Shown piece by piece: positions 59,995 through 64,000 of a stretch of DNA of 64,000 nucleotides. Source of the DNA: Chthonomonadales bacterium (GTDB lineage: Bacteria > Armatimonadota > Chthonomonadetes > Chthonomonadales > CAJBBX01); assembly GCA_037443035.1 (NCBI GenBank), contig JBBIPC010000014.1:1-64000 (forward strand), in the 5' to 3' direction. Below the pieces are notes generated by a model that saw only the letters and a list, made by a program, of their open reading frames with translations, was not told the DNA's origin and ran no database searches. The first letter of the stretch is position 1; each line of letters starts with the position of its first letter. A program made the translations under genes and the position numbers.

Positions 59995-60702
59995 TCAGCA
60001 GAGCAATGCCGATAGGCGCCGTCTGAGTTCGTCGCGCACCTGTCGGAATGCAGCCAGGCGCTCCTCGGCAGAACCGTTCACTGCTGCTGGGTCCGGCAAG
60101 TCCCAATGCAAGCGAACGGCGTTCCCGAGGAAGACCGGACACTCCTCCTCTCCGCAGAGGGTGATGACCGCATCCACCTCTTCTGCAGGTACTTCGCTCA
60201 CAGCCTTGGAGCGATGGTGGGAGATGTCGATACCGGTCTCGGAAAGCACATGGACAGCTTCCGGACGGACGCTCGTAGGTTTGGAACCTGCCGACCAGAC
60301 GCTGACATGGTCCGGCGCGAGTGCCCTGGCGATGCCCTCCGCCATCTGACTGCGGGCTGAGTTGGCCACGCAAAGGAACAGGATGCCGTGCGGTTCCAGC
60401 GCCCGGAGCACTGCGGCCTCCACGAGCCATTCCGGCGGGACGCCTGCGCCGCCTTCGTAGGTACGGCAGCACAGCGCTCCTGTGTCGGTGCTTCGCCCTT
60501 CGACGTCCCGACCGTTCACACGCACGGACGGGGAGCCGAGGAAACCCAGGCGTGCAGCGTCTTCCTCGGTCTCGACTTTCACGCATTCCACGACTGCTCC
60601 AGGTGCCAGGCGTTCTACCACACGCTGCGCGAGCTCCAGGGTGGGTTCGGCGTTGGGACAGCCGCCGAAACCCAGGACCTCTACGCGGATGGATCGATTC
60701 AC
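59995..60702 (-). CDS. arsC: LMW-PTPase-type arsenate reductase fused to an N-terminal thioredoxin-like domain
   Basis: C-terminal [32 protein letters not shown]-terminal GCPN...[14 protein letters not shown]...CCRTY; GTG overlaps the acr3 stop. Confidence 0.85.
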   Translation of the reverse strand: MNRSIRVEVLGFGGCPNAEPTLELAQRVVERLAPGAVVECVKVETEEDAARLGFLGSPSVRVNGRDVEGRSTDTGALCCRTYEGGAGVPPEWLVEAAVLRALEPHGILFLCVANSARSQMAEGIARALAPDHVSVWSAGSKPTSVRPEAVHVLSETGIDISHHRSKAVSEVPAEEVDAVITLCGEEECPVFLGNAVRLHWDLPDPAAVNGSAEERLAAFRQVRDELRRRLSALLC

Positions 60703-61802
60703 GATGTCTCCTCCCGGGCAGGCACAAAGTATCTGGCACGGAGTCGCAGGGACACATTCACCAGGCTGATGAGGACCGGCACCTCGACCAAAGGACCGAT
60801 GACTGCTGCGAATGCCGCTCCGGAGCTGATCCCGAACACAGCAACGGCTACCGCAATCGCCAGTTCGAAGTTGTTGCTGGCGGCAGTGAAAGACAATGTG
60901 GCAGTCTTGGGGTAATCGGCGCCGAGCTTGCTGCCTATGTAGAACGACACGAGGAACATGACCACGAAGTAGACGAGCAGCGGGATGGCGACCCGCACCA
61001 CATCGAGAGGTAACTGCACAATGTACTCGCCTTTCAGCGCGAACATGACGACGATGGTGAACAGGAGTGCAATGAGAGTGATGGGACCGATCCGCGGGAT
61101 GAAGATCTTTTCGTACGAGTCGCGCCCCTTCGTACGCAACCCCACCCACCGCGTCAGCATACCCGCGATGAAGGGTATTCCGAGGTATATGAAGACGCTC
61201 TCGGCGATCGCTCCGATGGTGATCTTGGAGAGATCCACATTGCCGAAGCTGAAGCCGAGCAGTGGCGGGAACACCTTCACGAAAAGATAGGCATACACCG
61301 AGTAGAAGAGAACCTGAAACACGGAGTTGAGAGCAACCAATCCGGCCGCGTATTCCGTATCTCCTCGCGCAAGCTCGTTCCAGACGATGACCATCGCAAT
61401 GCAGCGCGCCAGACCGATCATGATCAGACCGATCGCGTATTCCGGCTTGTCATGAAGGAAGAGCAAGGAGAGCAGGAACATGAGGATCGGGCCGACCACC
61501 CAGTTCTGTATCAGAGACAGCGCCAGGACCTTAGTGTTCCGCAACACCTCCGGCAATTCCTCGTACTTCACCTTGGCAAGAGGCGGGTACATCATGAGGA
61601 TAAGGCCGATGGCAATGGGTATGGAGGTCGTGCCGACCGATAGGTTGGTGATAGTCTTCACCACGCCCGGGGCTAGATAGCCCAGACCCACTCCGAAGGC
61701 CATTCCCAAGAATATCCAGAGGGTCAGGTAGCGGTCGAGAAAGGACAGGTGGCGGACTACAGGTTCGTCCTGCATGGTCCGAGCTATGGCTTCGTCATTC
61801 AT
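60699..61802 (-). CDS. acr3: Acr3-family arsenite efflux transporter
   Basis: [46 protein letters not shown]. Confidence 0.96.
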   Translation of the reverse strand: MNDEAIARTMQDEPVVRHLSFLDRYLTLWIFLGMAFGVGLGYLAPGVVKTITNLSVGTTSIPIAIGLILMMYPPLAKVKYEELPEVLRNTKVLALSLIQNWVVGPILMFLLSLLFLHDKPEYAIGLIMIGLARCIAMVIVWNELARGDTEYAAGLVALNSVFQVLFYSVYAYLFVKVFPPLLGFSFGNVDLSKITIGAIAESVFIYLGIPFIAGMLTRWVGLRTKGRDSYEKIFIPRIGPITLIALLFTIVVMFALKGEYIVQLPLDVVRVAIPLLVYFVVMFLVSFYIGSKLGADYPKTATLSFTAASNNFELAIAVAVAVFGISSGAAFAAVIGPLVEVPVLISLVNVSLRLRARYFVPAREETS

Positions 61803-61859
61803 GATCCCTTTGCTCTAGCAAGGTTGTCCTGCGACGAGCCGGCGTGCCGACTCGTCGCA

Positions 61860-62741
61860 CTAACAGCAAGACGCCCGCCGCACTCGACGTGCTGGTTTTC
61901 TTGCACGTATGAAGGCGCTGACGAGCGCGCCGTCTAGCGTGTTCAGGTCGTTGACCGACAGCGCGCTCCAGGCTTCGCCCAGCGATGCTCGCATATCCTC
62001 GAGTGTGTACGCACGCGTCGGCGTCACGGTTACGTCCACGAACCCGGCCTGAGCGAGACCCACGCGCACCTCGTCCTCCAATAACGCACCTGCGATGCAG
62101 CCTGCCCACAGATCTGCGTCGCGTCGCAGATCTTCCGGTACAGGCCTGCGCCATACGATGTCGGACACGGCCAGACGACCGCCCGGCTTCAGCACGCGGT
62201 ATGCTTCGCGAAAGACCCTCGGCTTATCGGCTGATAGGTTGATGACGCAGTTCGACAGGATCACGTCAATGCTGCGGTCCGGGAGGGGGATATGCTCCAT
62301 CGTTCCTTTGAGGAAACAGGCGTTCTGGATTCCAGCCTTCGCGCGATTCCGCTCGGCAAGCTCCAGCATCTCGTCCGTCATGTCCACGCCATAGGCCATG
62401 CCATCAGGTGCGATGCGCTGTGCAGCCAGCAGGACATCCACTCCACCGCCGCTGCCCAGGTCCAGAACGATCTCTCCAGGCTTCAACTCAGCCAGAGCTG
62501 TGGGATTGCCGCAGCCTAGGGAAGCTAAGAGAGCTTCCTCAGGAAGGTTACGGGCCTCCTGGGACGAGTAAAGCCCGCCGGTGATGGGGTCCGATGTCGA
62601 AGACGATCCGCAGCAAGCATCGGTGCCTCCGCTGCAACACGAAGCCTTCGCACGGCTTTCCAGGACTAGCCGCGCTGCTTGTCCGTAACGTTCCCGGACG
62701 ACCTTCTGAATGTCCAACGTGCTGTTGTCGTCTTGTATCAT
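61860..62741 (-). CDS. arsM: Arsenite S-adenosylmethionine methyltransferase
   Basis: SLGCGNP, LDLGSGGG, SNCVINL, WAGCIAGA; Cys pairs at both ends. Confidence 0.93.
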   Translation of the reverse strand: MIQDDNSTLDIQKVVRERYGQAARLVLESRAKASCCSGGTDACCGSSSTSDPITGGLYSSQEARNLPEEALLASLGCGNPTALAELKPGEIVLDLGSGGGVDVLLAAQRIAPDGMAYGVDMTDEMLELAERNRAKAGIQNACFLKGTMEHIPLPDRSIDVILSNCVINLSADKPRVFREAYRVLKPGGRLAVSDIVWRRPVPEDLRRDADLWAGCIAGALLEDEVRVGLAQAGFVDVTVTPTRAYTLEDMRASLGEAWSALSVNDLNTLDGALVSAFIRARKPARRVRRASCC

Positions 62742-62745
62742 AGGA

Positions 62746-63210
62746 TCACTCCTCCTGGGGTCCCGACGAATCGGTGAGGCAGGTATCCGGTGAGTCTTCC
62801 TTCCAGTTGGCCAGAGCGCCGCTGTGTCCATGGGCCGCGGCACCGTCGCCTCCTTCGAGCAGTCGCAGAACACTGGAGAGAACTCGGAGAGCAGACGGGT
62901 TCACCATACAGAGCATGAACCGACCCTGACGCTCCACGTGGATGAGACCGGCGTGCTCCAGCTTGTGGACATGGAACGACAGTGTCGAGGTGATGTGTTC
63001 TTCTCCTGTCATGCGGCAACAGAGCTCGCCAATGGTGGCACCGTGCCTGCGATGGACTCCGCCTCCAGCGCTCAATGCCGCTTGATCACAACACGCCACC
63101 AGAATCTGGAAGATTCGGAGCCTCGTGGGGTCGCCGAGCGCTCTGAAGATGGCCGCCGCTCGAACCAGGAAGTCCTTATCATCACTCGTCGCATACAGTT
63201 CGATATTCAT
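62746..63210 (-). CDS. arsR: ArsR/SmtB family repressor
   Basis: FRALGDPTRLRI, STLSFHVHKLEHAGLI..ERQGR; two CC pairs; heads the ars operon. Confidence 0.88.
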   Translation of the reverse strand: MNIELYATSDDKDFLVRAAAIFRALGDPTRLRIFQILVACCDQAALSAGGGVHRRHGATIGELCCRMTGEEHITSTLSFHVHKLEHAGLIHVERQGRFMLCMVNPSALRVLSSVLRLLEGGDGAAAHGHSGALANWKEDSPDTCLTDSSGPQEE

Positions 63211-63246
63211 AGAAGTATTATGACATGCAGCCCTCATGCGTGTCAA
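63199..63246 (-). promoter_or_regulatory. ars operon promoter/operator
   Basis: TTGACA-N18-CATAAT ending 6 nt before the ATG; imperfect palindrome TTCTAT-N4-ATCGAA across the start codon. Confidence 0.65.
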
Positions 63247-63297
63247 GGAGCGCAATCGTGCGTCGCAACCCCCGGTTTGGTGCTGCCGTCTGTACGA

Positions 63298-63975
63298 TCA
63301 CTTTGGCGCGGGTTGCCCCAGGGGTAACAGGTACACAGGCCGAATACCCTCCGGCAGCTTGAGGAGTTCTGTGACTCTGGCCTCATCGAACCCGCCAACA
63401 GGAATGCTCCCGAGCCCGAGAGCGGTGGCTTCTAGGAGCACGTTCTCTGCGATGTGTGCAGCCTCCATGCAGGCATATCTTTCTGCCTTGGCGCCGGCGC
63501 GAGCTTCGAGCGGGGCGAGGTCCATGCCCAGCACCATGATGACCGGCGCGCCACCGAGATTCGCCGGGTTCGGCGGTATGGCGCGCAGTTCCTCGAGTAC
63601 GTTGTCCGTGCGTAGGGTCTTGAGAGCATGCTCCTTGGGGACGTATTCGTGCACACCCTTTGTGTGTACGAGATAGACGTGGATGGAATACAGGGCCATG
63701 GCCGACGGCGCCGTCCGGAGCCCCTTCTCTGGTTCGGTAGTGCCTTGCGCTGCCCAGCAGAGCTGGCTGACCTGTTCGGCTGTGAGGGGAGTCTTGGCGT
63801 ACGACCGACACGATCGCCGCTTGGCAAGGGCCTCGTCGAGACTCATACCTCCCCTGGTCGAGGGCTTCGGCAACACCGTCAGACCGCTCTGCCGGGACGA
63901 GATCGGTGCTCCGATGCTGGCCGCGACAAGTATCGCCAGACCTGTTACGCCGACGATGTAGCGTATTCGGACCAT
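63298..63975 (-). CDS. SagB/ThcOx-type nitroreductase family protein with N-terminal signal/TM
   Basis: KRRSCRSY, QLCWAAQG, RTAPSA, EAAHIAEN, VGGFD; AAAGGAGG RBS. Confidence 0.88.
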   Translation of the reverse strand: MVRIRYIVGVTGLAILVAASIGAPISSRQSGLTVLPKPSTRGGMSLDEALAKRRSCRSYAKTPLTAEQVSQLCWAAQGTTEPEKGLRTAPSAMALYSIHVYLVHTKGVHEYVPKEHALKTLRTDNVLEELRAIPPNPANLGGAPVIMVLGMDLAPLEARAGAKAERYACMEAAHIAENVLLEATALGLGSIPVGGFDEARVTELLKLPEGIRPVYLLPLGQPAPK

Positions 63976-64000
63976 TGGACTGCCTCCTTTCTCGAGCGCG

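Noticed and set aside
60703..61149. N-terminal extension of the arsC ORF into acr3
   Set aside because: Overlaps acr3 out of frame; the GTG at 60702 has a good RBS and is coupled to the acr3 stop
62746..62873. Possible frameshift in the arsR 3' end (alternative frame reads FCDC)
   Set aside because: The annotated frame is open to a stop just before arsM and supplies its RBS; no slippery site evident
1..64000. CRISPR arrays, tRNA/rRNA genes, prophage, intact IS or defence systems
   Set aside because: No regularly spaced repeats, tRNA T-arm motifs, intact integrases/transposases or phage genes seen on manual reading; small RNAs could have been missed

Overview
GC-rich bacterial chromosome segment with about 64 densely packed CDSs. 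I see no rRNA, tRNA or CRISPR array. The gene content (DUF1559 prepilin-like protein, many TPR proteins, LptD-like protein, futalosine pathway) suggests a diderm, probably Armatimonadota; this is inference. Housekeeping blocks: gatCAB-TPR-yggT-CPBP-yggU-tatA/B-like-purS-purQ; lptD-like-FG-GAP-pdxT; a Hanks kinase locus; an ANTAR response regulator with a double-GAF histidine kinase; a menaquinone cluster (ubiD-PAP2-ubiX-ubiA-mqnA); amidohydrolase-GNAT-metX-PIG-L-NagB-like-SDR-folB; htpX; glycoside hydrolases; murB; rex-nadB; nhaA; and arsR-arsM-acr3-arsC. Most notable: (1) a membrane protein with presenilin/signal-peptide-peptidase-type motifs (VD, GFAD, PAL), divergent from the ANTAR system; (2) a PAP2 phosphatase between ubiD and ubiX, a candidate DMAP supplier for prFMN synthesis; (3) an ArsC fused to a thioredoxin-like domain; (4) a kinase with no glycine-rich loop; (5) a ~110-bp transposase scar before nhaA. 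Family calls come from reading motifs by eye; no searches were run. Many start codons were adjusted from the ORF track and are approximate.
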